Shown: positions 49,552 through 60,594 of the stretch, one piece after another
How the letters are laid out: every line of letters starts with the position of its first letter
Position numbering within the stretch: the stretch's first letter is position 1
Source: Desulfobacterales bacterium
Lineage (GTDB): Bacteria > Desulfobacterota > Desulfobacteria > Desulfobacterales > UBA2174
DNA: 64,000 nt
Reading direction: 5' to 3'
NCBI GenBank assembly: GCA_963668645.2
Contig: CAXXWC010000013.1
Location: forward strand, 192,001-256,000
Notes under the pieces: model-generated
Database searches by the model: none
What the model was told of the DNA's origin: nothing
The model's input: the letters and a program-made list of their open reading frames with translations, nothing else
Made by a program: the position numbers and the translations under genes

Positions 49552-49571
49552 GTGACTGAATACGGTTCAAG

Positions 49572-50204
49572 CTATTGGTGCGATTCCTTGGCCTGGATTT
49601 CGGCAAGCTGGCAGACCAGATCGCAGGCGGTTTTCATCTCCAAACGACCCATGTTCAACACCAGGTGGTAGAGCATCGGGTCGTCGAAATCGCTTTTGCC
49701 CAGACGGCTGTACAGGGCCGCCCGGCGCCGGTCTTCGGTGGCGACGGCCTGTGCGGCCTTGCGTTCGGCCATCTGGTAGTTGTCCATCATGTACCGGACC
49801 CGTTGCTCCGGGCCATTGGTAAGCAGCACGTGGCAGGTCTCCGGGTGGTCGTCGAGGATGTACTGGCTCCCCCTGCCGAGGATCACCACGTCGCCCTCGT
49901 CCGCGATCTGGGCGATGATCAGTACCAGGTAGTCGAGATAGGACTGCTCATCGAGATAGCCGCGTTCGTCTTTAAGGACCTGGTCGATCCATTTTTTGGC
50001 GATCATGCTGGTGATCAGTCTCGACAGCCTGCTGCCGGCCTCTTTCTCGAAGGATTCGACCCAATGGGGGGAGACCCGCGCCGTCTCCGCCAGGCGCAGG
50101 ATGATTTCTCGATCGGCAAAGGTGTAGCCCAGGCGTTCGGCGACCATCCTGGCCAAAGTCCGTCCACCGGCACCATACTTACGCGAAATGGTGATGACCG
50201 CCAT
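49572..50204 (-). CDS. Cytidylate-kinase-like family protein
   Basis: MAVITISRKYGAGG, VILGRGSQYIL, YHLVLN. Confidence 0.87.
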   Translation of the reverse strand: MAVITISRKYGAGGRTLARMVAERLGYTFADREIILRLAETARVSPHWVESFEKEAGSRLSRLITSMIAKKWIDQVLKDERGYLDEQSYLDYLVLIIAQIADEGDVVILGRGSQYILDDHPETCHVLLTNGPEQRVRYMMDNYQMAERKAAQAVATEDRRRAALYSRLGKSDFDDPMLYHLVLNMGRLEMKTACDLVCQLAEIQAKESHQ

Positions 50205-50305
50205 AGGTGTCTCCTTTTTGCGAGTTCGCATGGCCCTCATGCGGTTTACCGTTTCATGTCAAAAAACCGAGCGGCCCGGAGTCGCGGCCGTCTCTGCCGC
50301 GCCGG

Positions 50306-51193
50306 TCATTCCAAGCGGTCGCCGGCCGGCGGCGGGAAGAAAAGCGTCGTCATGCCGGAGCGATCGGCCAGGGACTGGGATTTTCCGCCCAGCCAGCGGG
50401 GGGTCCAGCCCGGCCGTATCGAAATGCCCGAGACGATCATTGTGGCCTGATATTGCCGGGCCGCCTGTTCCACCCGTTCCACCGGATCGCCCACCATGAC
50501 GTGGGCCTTGGCAGGGATTCCGGCCGCGGCGAATTGGTCGCAGAGCACATCGAGCCGTTCACGATGCACTTTGCGGCTCTGTTGCACCGCCATGACCGAG
50601 CTGCCGTCCAGGCTCGTATCGCTGATCACATGCACCACATGGACTTCCTCGATCACCGATGCCAGCCGGTGCAGGTACAAAACGGCCCGTTGGCTTGCGG
50701 CGCCCCAGTCGATGGCCAGCAGAGGCCGCTGGAAAGGGGCCATGGCCTGATGACGTTCACCGGCATACTTGTAGACCATCACTGGAATCCGGGTTCGCCG
50801 GGTGATTTCGATCAGTTCGGAGACAGCGTAAAACTGCTTCAGGCCGCCTTGTTTGCGGTCTCCCAGAACGATCAGGTCCGCCGCCTCCTTCTTGGCCGCC
50901 TCGACCACCTGGGAGGCCAGGCTGCCGACCACGATATAGACCCCCACTTCCATCCCCTGCTCGAAAAGGGTTTCGGCCCAGTCGATGAAATGGATGTTGG
51001 CCTTTTCCCGCAGCCGCAATTCTTCCCTTTTCAGGTATCCGGCACCGCGGTGCAGGGCGACCTTTTCACGTTCGATCACGTTGAGAAATACCACGTGCTC
51101 CAGTGCCGCCTGGCGAAGATTGAGAAGCGACTGCAACGCATCGAACCAGAGTTCTTCGAAATGGGTGACAAACAAAATTTTGCGAATATCCAT
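50306..51193 (-). CDS. Universal stress protein (tandem USP domains)
   Basis: KILFVTHF, ADLIVLG, RPLLAIDW, GDP motifs. Confidence 0.85.
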   Translation of the reverse strand: MDIRKILFVTHFEELWFDALQSLLNLRQAALEHVVFLNVIEREKVALHRGAGYLKREELRLREKANIHFIDWAETLFEQGMEVGVYIVVGSLASQVVEAAKKEAADLIVLGDRKQGGLKQFYAVSELIEITRRTRIPVMVYKYAGERHQAMAPFQRPLLAIDWGAASQRAVLYLHRLASVIEEVHVVHVISDTSLDGSSVMAVQQSRKVHRERLDVLCDQFAAAGIPAKAHVMVGDPVERVEQAARQYQATMIVSGISIRPGWTPRWLGGKSQSLADRSGMTTLFFPPPAGDRLE

Positions 51194-51273
51194 GATCTGT
51201 CATCCCCGGGGCGGTCCAGGGGCATGGTGATCCCCTGCGGCCGCCTGCCGTCAGGACCGGTGGGCGGGCCGGT

Positions 51274-51666
51274 TCAACCCAGAATCGACTTGAGGGTGCT
51301 GGCCAGTTTTTCAGGCTCCACCGGTTTTTCGAGGTAGTACTCCGGTTCCGGCACCGGGGCGCCACCGAATTCAGTCAGGGCTTTCTGCGAACGCAGAAAG
51401 GTTTTTTGGGCGATGCCCGAGAGCACCACCACGCAAATATCCTTGAAATCCTTTTCCGTTTTCAGTTCGCGATACAGGCGGATACCGCTCTGGCGCGGCA
51501 TCAGCACGTCCAGGATCACCAGGTCCGGGCGGGCCTGGCGGATTTTTTCCAGCCCTTCCTCGCCGTTGGACGCTTCCAATACCTCGTAGCCACACTCTTC
51601 GGCCACCGTGGAATTGAATTGGCGCACGTCCGGATCATCGTCCACTACCAGTACCATCTTGGTCAT
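51274..51666 (-). CDS. Single-domain response regulator
   Basis: VLVVDDD, PDLVILDVLMP, LSG, EKP. Confidence 0.92.
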   Translation of the reverse strand: MTKMVLVVDDDPDVRQFNSTVAEECGYEVLEASNGEEGLEKIRQARPDLVILDVLMPRQSGIRLYRELKTEKDFKDICVVVLSGIAQKTFLRSQKALTEFGGAPVPEPEYYLEKPVEPEKLASTLKSILG

Positions 51667-51669
51667 TAC

Positions 51670-54600
51670 TTAACCTCCCGGCATTGAGGGTTTATCTGAA
51701 TCGAGGGCTGCGGGGGCGGCGCTCGGTGTCGTTGCCGCGGGCAAAATAACGGTGAAACAGGTGCCGATCCCCGGATCGGATCGCACCGCGATGCGGCCGT
51801 GATGCTCCTCGATGAGTTTGCGCGTCACGAGAAGCCCCAGACCCGTTCCCCGGGCGCCCTTGGTGCTGAAAAACGAGGTGAAAAGATGGGCCTTGACGTC
51901 TTCGTTCATCCCCATGCCATTGTCTTCCACCTCGAAAGAGATCGTGTCCCGTTCCGGCCGGGTCGTGCGCACCCAAACCCGGTGGCGCTTGTCCATGTCC
52001 GAATCGAAGGCGCAGGCGTCGATGGCGTTGGAGATCAGGTTGAGCAGCGCCCGGTGGACAATCCGCGCATCGAGAAACACCGTGCCGATGTCATCGGCAA
52101 ACTCCCGGACGATTTCCACCCGGCTTTCCTCGGCCACGCCGGCCATCAGGTCGCAGACCTCAGCGGCGATGGCGTTGGGATTGTTGGGTTCGAACTCCGG
52201 TTCGCGCTCCTTGGAGTACGAGAGCAAATCGAGAACCAGGTCCGAAACGCGGCCGATGTTGCGTTCGACCATGCGCCAGCCGCTGCGCATCTTATCCGTA
52301 TCGGCCCGGTCGATGCCGATCTCCAACAGGTAGCTGCCCCCCTTGAACCCGTGCAGGATGTTCTTGATGCAGTGCGCCATCCCCGCCACGGTCTGACCTA
52401 CGGCAGCCAACCGTTCGGCGTGGAGCAGTTCGCGCTCCAGGTGTTTGATCGGCCGCAAATCCTGAAAAAAGGCCACCGACCCCATGGGCCGGTCCTCCTC
52501 GCGCAAAATGGTCCCCGAATAGCGCACCGGAATCACCTCCCCGTCGCGGTGGGAAACGGTGATCTCCTTCCAGGGAAACTCCCACGACCGGTTGCGGTCG
52601 GTCTCGGCATCCCACAACTCCTCGACCTGATCCGGGTAAAGATCGAAAGCCCGCATCCGGTTGATCGCCTCCTTGGGCGAATAACCGAACAGGCGCTCGG
52701 CTTCCGGATTGAAAAGCACGATGCGCATCTGATCGTCCGTGGCCACGATGGCATCGGTGGAACTGCGGATCAGCTTGGACTGAAAGTTGGATTTGCGTTT
52801 GAGCTCTTCTTGCAGCAGTGCGTTTTCCATGGTCGCCCCGATGCGGTTGCCGGTCAATTCCAGGGTGTAGAGCTCCTCGGGGCTGAAAAAATCAGCATGG
52901 CGGCTGCCCATGCGGATCACGCCGAAGATCTCTTCAGCCGCGGTCCGGATGGGGATGTAGGCCAGGGACCGGATCCCGGCCTGGCGTATGGAGATCTGTT
53001 CGGCCTGGCTGCCGTCGGGGGGGTGGTTGAAAATGGTCACCTCGCCTGTTTTTGCCACTTGCTGGACGATGCTGTCGGCCCCGCAGATCTGGCCGTCGGT
53101 CCCCATGTTCATCATTCCGTGCTGGGATTTCAGGCACCAGCGGCGGTCGGCCCCCAGAATGAAAAGACAGATCTGATCGGTTCCCAGGAAGGCCTGGATT
53201 TCATGCAGGGCCGCGTCGATGCGCTTGTCGATGCTCAGCGGCTGGTTGAGGGCCGTGTAGATGCTCACCAGGGTGGCCAGAAGCTGGGTATGGCGGCGGC
53301 GCTCCGCTTCGGCATGCTTGATTTCCGAGACATCCTGCAGCGTCTCGATGGCCCCGACGATGTTGCCTTCGGGGGACTTGATCGGCGCGGCGGTGAACCA
53401 GCACCACTTGCCGTTGTCTCCAAGCAGGGGCAGGAACTCTTCGGCCTCGTAGGCCCCTTCGATGAGCGCGGAAGGGCGCCAGGCGGATCCGTAGAGCCGC
53501 TGCACCTCTTCTTCCGGAAGCTGATCGAGGATCACATCGGCCATCAGCGGGCGCGGTTTGTCGCGAAAGGGCCGCCAGTGATCCGAGGTGCCAATCATCT
53601 TGGTGCCGGGCATTTCGGTGAGCCGCTCCAGGGCCCGGTTCCAATGGGTCACGATATGGTTCCGGTCGATGACGAAGGTGGGGATGGTGCTCCCCTGGAT
53701 AATCTGGGCCAGCAGGCGTTCGCTTTCGGCCAGACGCTGGTTCTGACGATCGCGCTCTTCGGCGGCTTTTTTCTGGGGGGTGACGTCCTGGATCGTCTCG
53801 ATGGCGCCGACCACCCGGCCGTCCGGGGATTTGATGGGCGCAGCGGTAAACCAGCACCAGCGACCTTCCGGCCCCAGGTTGTCGAAAAAGACCTCCGCTT
53901 CGTAGGCGTCGGCGATCAGCGCCGAGCGGCTCCACCGGTCCCCGTAGAGGCGGCGCATTTGGGCCGCGCCGAGTTGATCGACCACCACGTCGGCCATCGA
54001 AAGCCGGTTTTCTTGCCAGAAAGGGAAGGACTGGCGCCGGGTGCCGACCATCTGTACGGCCCGGGCCCCGGTGAGCCGTTCCATGGCCAGGTTCCAGTGG
54101 GTGATGACATGATCCTGATTGATGACGAAGGTCGGGATCGTGTTGCCCTCGATGATCTGGGCCAAGGTCCGCTGCTGTTTGACCAATTCGCGTTCGATCT
54201 GACAGGCGCGCTGGCTGCGGTGTTTGGCGATGGCGGCGACTCGGTCCACCAGTTCACAGACCAGGGATTCGACCGCCGGAAGGATCTCGGGCAGCTTGCG
54301 CAGCCGCTCGATGGCCTCGGCCCTCAGCCGCGACAGGTGCAGCGCATCCCAGACGACCCGCACGTCGATGTGGTCGATGAACCGCACGCCGGGAGGTATT
54401 TTAGCGCGCAGGATTTGGGACAGTTCATCGTCGTTGGTGATCTCCACCACCGTGGTCAGCCGGGGCAAATCCAGGATCCGGTGGTAGTCGGTAAAGACGG
54501 GGATCGCGCGGGTTTCGGCCAAGCAGGCACCTGGGGCCGTGGGGTCCAGGTCGGCCACGGCCAGAATCTCCGGCGGCCCGGCCGCCGCAGGAGTCTCGAG

Positions 54601-54705
54601 CAAAAAGCCGAGCAGTTCCTGGCAAAAGGCGCCACCCCCGACGATGGCCAAGTGGGTTCCTATCAGTTGATCGATGCGGTCGGTTTGCACGGCAGCGGCG
54701 TCCAT
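51670..54705 (-). CDS. Soluble sensor histidine kinase (Rossmann-like-PAS-PAS-GAF-PAS-HisKA-HATPase)
   Basis: AHCIKNIL H-box, NLISNAIDA, DNGMG, FFSTK, GTGLGL. Confidence 0.92.
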   Translation of the reverse strand: MDAAAVQTDRIDQLIGTHLAIVGGGAFCQELLGFLLETPAAAGPPEILAVADLDPTAPGACLAETRAIPVFTDYHRILDLPRLTTVVEITNDDELSQILRAKIPPGVRFIDHIDVRVVWDALHLSRLRAEAIERLRKLPEILPAVESLVCELVDRVAAIAKHRSQRACQIERELVKQQRTLAQIIEGNTIPTFVINQDHVITHWNLAMERLTGARAVQMVGTRRQSFPFWQENRLSMADVVVDQLGAAQMRRLYGDRWSRSALIADAYEAEVFFDNLGPEGRWCWFTAAPIKSPDGRVVGAIETIQDVTPQKKAAEERDRQNQRLAESERLLAQIIQGSTIPTFVIDRNHIVTHWNRALERLTEMPGTKMIGTSDHWRPFRDKPRPLMADVILDQLPEEEVQRLYGSAWRPSALIEGAYEAEEFLPLLGDNGKWCWFTAAPIKSPEGNIVGAIETLQDVSEIKHAEAERRRHTQLLATLVSIYTALNQPLSIDKRIDAALHEIQAFLGTDQICLFILGADRRWCLKSQHGMMNMGTDGQICGADSIVQQVAKTGEVTIFNHPPDGSQAEQISIRQAGIRSLAYIPIRTAAEEIFGVIRMGSRHADFFSPEELYTLELTGNRIGATMENALLQEELKRKSNFQSKLIRSSTDAIVATDDQMRIVLFNPEAERLFGYSPKEAINRMRAFDLYPDQVEELWDAETDRNRSWEFPWKEITVSHRDGEVIPVRYSGTILREEDRPMGSVAFFQDLRPIKHLERELLHAERLAAVGQTVAGMAHCIKNILHGFKGGSYLLEIGIDRADTDKMRSGWRMVERNIGRVSDLVLDLLSYSKEREPEFEPNNPNAIAAEVCDLMAGVAEESRVEIVREFADDIGTVFLDARIVHRALLNLISNAIDACAFDSDMDKRHRVWVRTTRPERDTISFEVEDNGMGMNEDVKAHLFTSFFSTKGARGTGLGLLVTRKLIEEHHGRIAVRSDPGIGTCFTVILPAATTPSAAPAALDSDKPSMPGG

Positions 54706-54709
54706 TGTC

Positions 54710-55600
54710 TCAGGGGATGACGAGTACCGGCCGTTCGGCCATTTCGGCCACGCGATGGGAAACACCGCCGAGCCAGTACTCTTCGAACCAGTCCTTGCCG
54801 GTACGGCCCATCACGATCAGGCTGGCCTCCCGATCGCGGGCGCAGCGAATGATCTGGGCGGCCGTCGGACCGCTTTCCAGGTGGGGTTCGGCCGGGATTC
54901 CGGCCGAATGCAGGCGCCGGCAGTCCGCCTCGAGATGCTCGCGGCACCGGGCCTCCAGGGTCGCAACGGCGGCCGCATCGAAGTCGGCGATGCGGCGCCG
55001 GCCGATAATGTGGCCCACCAAGGCGGATTCCACCAGCGGTCGAAGGGCCAGGATGGCTTCAAGGCCGCGTTGGGAAGGCTCCGACCAGTCGGTGGCCAGC
55101 ATGGGCCGGGCAAAGATGCGCGCGTTGGTACGCGTTTGCACCGTGCCGTCCTCGATCCGGTACGGGGCGCGATACTTGGCCATCAGCAAAGGAACCGGCG
55201 TGCGCCGCACCAGATCCAGTACGTGGCTGCCGACATAGATCTTTTCGAAGCTGGTACGGGATTTACGCCCCGTGACGATCAGGTCGATTTTCTCAGCGGC
55301 GGCGATTTGCAGCAGGGTGGGGTTGACCTCGCCCACCGGCACCTGCCACACAGCCTCGATCCCGGCCTCGACCAGAACGGCGGACCACTGGCGGAAGGTC
55401 TCCTCGGCCATCCGGCGCAGGCGTTCCTCTTCGTCCTTCTGGTAGCCGCCGAAAGGGGTGAACGCGACTTCCTCGCGGGGGATGACGTAGACCATGACCA
55501 CGCGGCGCAGGCCGGCTGCGGCCAGCGGCAGCAGGGCCTTGAGGCTGTCGAGGGCCTCATCGCGAAAACGGGTGTGAAAGAGTGCCGATTCGAAGATCAT
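54710..55600 (-). CDS. Universal stress protein (tandem USP domains)
   Basis: IDLIVTG..YVGS, LATDWS, LIVMGRTGK...LGGVSHRV...RPVLVIP. Confidence 0.88.
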   Translation of the reverse strand: MIFESALFHTRFRDEALDSLKALLPLAAAGLRRVVMVYVIPREEVAFTPFGGYQKDEEERLRRMAEETFRQWSAVLVEAGIEAVWQVPVGEVNPTLLQIAAAEKIDLIVTGRKSRTSFEKIYVGSHVLDLVRRTPVPLLMAKYRAPYRIEDGTVQTRTNARIFARPMLATDWSEPSQRGLEAILALRPLVESALVGHIIGRRRIADFDAAAVATLEARCREHLEADCRRLHSAGIPAEPHLESGPTAAQIIRCARDREASLIVMGRTGKDWFEEYWLGGVSHRVAEMAERPVLVIP

Positions 55601-55648
55601 GGTCGATACCTCGCAGGTCCGGGGCAGTGTTCCGGCCCGCCCGAGGGG

Positions 55649-57091
55649 TTAGAAAAAAATCCAGGTCACCAGCACGAAACAGGGCAGCAGGAAGACCAGG
55701 GCGTACTTTAGAATATACCCGAAAAAGCTCGGCATGGGGGTTCCGGCTTCCTCGGCGATGGAGCGCACCATGAAGTTGGGGGCGTTGCCGATGTAGCTGC
55801 ACGCGCCGAAAAAAACCGCGCCTGTGGAGATGGCCTTCAGATAAACGGCCTTTTCGCCCATCATGAGCGCCACGGCCTGCGGTTCGGGCAGGCCCGCGGC
55901 GAAGCTGCCGATTGCGGTGTTGAAAAAGGTCAGATATGTCGGTGCGTTGTCCAAAAAGGACGAGAGTATTCCGGTGATCCAGAAGTAGTGCACCGGCTGT
56001 TGGACAACGGCCATCAAGAAGGCCAGAGCCCCCTGGCTGCCGGCCTTTAGAATCAGCAGGCAGGGGATCATGGTAATGAAGATGCCGATAAAAAGGTAGG
56101 CCACCTCGACGATGGGAAACCAGGTGAAATCGTTGCGCTCGCGCGTCTCGACGCGGGTCGTGACCATGGACAAAAGTCCCATGATCACCAGCAGCAGGTC
56201 GCGGAAATAATCCTGGACGCTGCGGGCTATGCCGAACAACTCGATGGTGCCCAGCTTGGCCATCCCGCTCATGAGCACCGCCAGCACGATACCGAGGATG
56301 AAGATGAAGTTGTGGGCCCCTTCCAGCCGCAGCGGCACCTTGTCGTCAGCGGCCGGGGCCGGTTTTTCGCGCCGGTAAAAGTAGGTGTCGGTAACGAAGT
56401 AGACCGCCAGCAGGATTCCTGCCGCCAGCAGCATGTGTGGCAAAATTTTCAGGGTCCAGAAGAACGAAACGCCGTGGAGAAATCCCAGGAAAAGAGGCGG
56501 GTCGCCCAAGGGGGTCAGGGCGCCGCCGATATTGGCCACCACGAAGATGAAAAAGACCACCATGAAGGTCCGCTGCTTGCGGTGGCGATTGGCGCGCAAA
56601 AAGGGGCGGATCATCAGCATGGCCGCACCGGTGGTGCCCATCCATGAGGCTAGGACCGTGCCGATTGCCAGCATCAGGGTATTGACCAGGGGAGTGCCGC
56701 GCAAGGTGCCGGAAAGCAGGATTCCGCCCGACACCGTATAGAGCGACCAGAGCAGGATGATAAAAGGGACGTAGTCGGCCATCAGGATGTGAAGGATCTC
56801 ATGAAAAGCCGTGCCGCGGAAGGCCCAAAGGAATGGAAGGGCCAGGCTGGCGGCCCAAAAAAAGGAGATCTTGCCGAAATGATGGTGCCAGAATCGCGGC
56901 ACCAGCAGCGGCAGCAGAGCGATGGAAAGCAGCATGCCGGCAAAAGGGAGGCAGCTCCAGATGGGCAGGATTTCACCCAGATGACCATGGCCGTGGTCGG
57001 CCGCGACGGCGGGCTCGGCGAAAATGAGAAGAGCAATCCCCATTAAGGCGGCCGGCGCCAGGCACATGGGCCGCGACCCGCTTCTCATCAA
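55649..57091 (-). CDS. Putative sodium:proton antiporter (IT superfamily)
   Basis: ANIGGALTPLGDPPLFLGFL, LSSFLDNAPTY, YIGNAPNFMV; many TM helices; substrate not determinable from sequence. Confidence 0.75.
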   Translation of the reverse strand: MMRSGSRPMCLAPAALMGIALLIFAEPAVAADHGHGHLGEILPIWSCLPFAGMLLSIALLPLLVPRFWHHHFGKISFFWAASLALPFLWAFRGTAFHEILHILMADYVPFIILLWSLYTVSGGILLSGTLRGTPLVNTLMLAIGTVLASWMGTTGAAMLMIRPFLRANRHRKQRTFMVVFFIFVVANIGGALTPLGDPPLFLGFLHGVSFFWTLKILPHMLLAAGILLAVYFVTDTYFYRREKPAPAADDKVPLRLEGAHNFIFILGIVLAVLMSGMAKLGTIELFGIARSVQDYFRDLLLVIMGLLSMVTTRVETRERNDFTWFPIVEVAYLFIGIFITMIPCLLILKAGSQGALAFLMAVVQQPVHYFWITGILSSFLDNAPTYLTFFNTAIGSFAAGLPEPQAVALMMGEKAVYLKAISTGAVFFGACSYIGNAPNFMVRSIAEEAGTPMPSFFGYILKYALVFLLPCFVLVTWIFF

Positions 57092-57453
57092 CGTGTCTCC
57101 TCGGCGATACTACTCAGGCGGTTTGCCGCTGCAGTATGGATCGTTTGCCGGAGCGGTCTGCGTTTGGTCCAGGGTCCGAACAGGTGCGCCGGCTGCCGCT
57201 TCGACCTGGTTCGACTTTAATAAGATGTTCAAGGGCAATTTGGGTATCGGCTAACTCTTTTATTTCGCAGTAAAATACGATATCAGAGGCCGTTTTCAAA
57301 TGTCAAGTGGCAATCAGGATAGACTCAGGCCGGATCTTTTATTGACAAAATATCCGGCTCTGTTTTAGCGTGGCACCTTGTTTTTAGGCCTTTTGGCGTG
57401 TTTGGGCTGGGCTGTCCGGCGCTCGGGCGCCCCTTTCAATCAGGAGAACCACC

Positions 57454-58323
57454 ATCGATACGATTACTTCGATCCGCCAGATGCAGCTGCAGTCGGATAC
57501 CTGGCGTCGTGAAGGACTTTGCATCGGCCTGGTGCCGACCATGGGATTTCTTCATGACGGCCACCTCTCTTTGGTCCGCCTGGCCAGGCAGGCGGCAGAC
57601 CGGTTGGTGGTGAGCATTTTCGTCAATCCCGCCCAGTTCGCACCCCACGAGGACCTGGCCACCTACCCGCAAGATCCGGAGCGGGACTGCCGCCTGCTGG
57701 AGGCCGAGGGCGTGGATATCGTGTTTATGCCCGAGGCCGGCGACGTATACCCTCAAGGGTACCAGACCCGCGTGCTGCTCGACCATCTGCCCGAACACCT
57801 TTGCGGAATCAGCCGCCCGCTCTTTTTCGGCGGGGTGGCCACCGTGGTGACCAAGCTGTTCAACATCGTCAAACCGCATCTGGCCGTTTTCGGTGAAAAG
57901 GACTACCAGCAGTTGCTGGTAATCCGCCGTCTGGTGGCGGATCTGAACATGGATGTGCGCATTCTGGGCGGCCCGACGGTGCGCGAGGCCGATGGCCTGG
58001 CCATGAGCTCACGCAATGCTTACCTTACTGCCGATGAGCGGCCGTCCGCCTTGACCCTGAACCGTGCCTTGAGGCTCGCTGCCCGGCTGGTGGCCGAGGG
58101 TGAGCGCCGGGCGGAAGTCGTCCTGGACCGGGCCCGCGAACTGATCGGAGCCATGCCCGGCACCCAGATCGACTATATGGCCATCTGTGATCCCCGGTCC
58201 CTGGCGGATGTCGCCGTTATCGAGGAGCCGGTGCGCATGGCGCTGGCCGTCAAAGTGGGCCGAACCCGCTTGATCGACAATCTGGCCCTGGTACCGCCGG
58301 GGGCTGCGGAATCCCGAGAATAG
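57454..58323 (+). CDS. panC: Pantoate--beta-alanine ligase
   Basis: [42 protein letters not shown]; probable ATC start at 57454. Confidence 0.95.
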   Translation: MDTITSIRQMQLQSDTWRREGLCIGLVPTMGFLHDGHLSLVRLARQAADRLVVSIFVNPAQFAPHEDLATYPQDPERDCRLLEAEGVDIVFMPEAGDVYPQGYQTRVLLDHLPEHLCGISRPLFFGGVATVVTKLFNIVKPHLAVFGEKDYQQLLVIRRLVADLNMDVRILGGPTVREADGLAMSSRNAYLTADERPSALTLNRALRLAARLVAEGERRAEVVLDRARELIGAMPGTQIDYMAICDPRSLADVAVIEEPVRMALAVKVGRTRLIDNLALVPPGAAESRE

Positions 58324-58333
58324 GAGTCTTAAG

Positions 58334-59503
<1,170 letters not shown>

Positions 59504-59529
59504 TCCTGAGGTCTGGGACGGTACCTTCG

Positions 59530-59572
59530 AAAGGCCGCGTCTCGCGAGGGGGCGCGGCCTTTGGTGTTTTTT
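59530..59572 (+). terminator. Intrinsic terminator after metK
   Basis: AAAGGCCGCG...CGCGGCCTTT stem plus T-rich tail. Confidence 0.7.
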
Positions 59573-59605
59573 CAGGCCTGTGATGAAGCCCCCTAAAGGC
59601 GGGGA

Positions 59606-60556
59606 TCATTTTTTAGCGGGCGGCGGATCGAGCACCACCACCACCTGGCAGGTGCGCAGGAAAGCCAAATGCGCCGAAACGCCATGCAGGGCGGCAGCAT
59701 CCGAGCGGGTGACGATCAATTCGGTCCGGCTGGGACCGGCACTGCGCAACGCCTTTATCAGCAGCGGGTTCTCGCCGATGCGCGCCTCCCGGCGCGCTGC
59801 TTCAAGATCGGTCAGATAGGCGCACATTCCCGATTGGACGGCGAATTCACGGCTGACAAAGGCCGGCCCGAAAACCTCGACTCCGTTTTCGTCACGGATG
59901 GTCAGTACCATGGCCGGGTGCAGATCCGTGCCGCGGGCGTCCACAAGCAGGCCGGTGCGCCGGCCCTCGGGCGCAACGCTGGCCACCGGGGCCCCCACCG
60001 GCTGCACCGGTTGAACCTCGCGCAGGTCAGCCGGCAGAACCATCTGGCTCAAAGCCCCGGTCATCGGCAGGGCCACTGTTGCACTGGCCGGGCCCTGAGA
60101 CGGATCGGTCTCATCGATTACCTGGGCTGCGGCGGTCAACTCGGCCAACCGGGCTGCCAGTGGGGCGTCCGCCTCGGCCAGATCGCCGATTCGTCTTCGG
60201 GCGTCGACCTGGACCGCCATCAGGGCCGTGGCGAGGTTGGAGCGGGCTTGCTGCCGGGCGGCATCCAGCGGTGTCGCGCCGTCGGTGGATGCATCTGAGG
60301 GCAGCGTTGCGGTGGCGATGACCCGGGCCGCCGTCCAGTCGATGCGGGCCGCTTCCAGAGGTTCGATCCATCCGCTTGCAGCGGGCGGCAAGTCTGCAGC
60401 CATGGCCGAGCCGGCAATCAGGAAGATCGCCATGAGTCCGCTGCGCCAGAAAAGGAGCCGGTTTTTCGGTTTCGAGGTAAAAGCACGTCTGACGGTAGTC
60501 AGCGTCGCAGGAAGATGATTCCCCGGTGGATGTCGCTTGCCGTTTTGTTCGGTCAA
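59606..60556 (-). CDS. Secreted hypothetical protein (LPP20-like); start uncertain
   Basis: Signal-like segment, IDWT..VIA, TGLLVDARG, RIGENPL. Confidence 0.6.
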   Translation of the reverse strand: MTEQNGKRHPPGNHLPATLTTVRRAFTSKPKNRLLFWRSGLMAIFLIAGSAMAADLPPAASGWIEPLEAARIDWTAARVIATATLPSDASTDGATPLDAARQQARSNLATALMAVQVDARRRIGDLAEADAPLAARLAELTAAAQVIDETDPSQGPASATVALPMTGALSQMVLPADLREVQPVQPVGAPVASVAPEGRRTGLLVDARGTDLHPAMVLTIRDENGVEVFGPAFVSREFAVQSGMCAYLTDLEAARREARIGENPLLIKALRSAGPSRTELIVTRSDAAALHGVSAHLAFLRTCQVVVVLDPPPAKK

Positions 60557-60594
60557 AGACGGTCCCTCCGCTAGATATGAAAACCACCGCCGGT

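Noticed and set aside
51799..54720. 973-aa plus-strand ORF, and similar long antisense ORFs (10376-11920, 22617-24860, 30870-32342)
   Set aside because: Shadow ORFs opposite well-supported genes, expected from high-GC codon bias; no motifs
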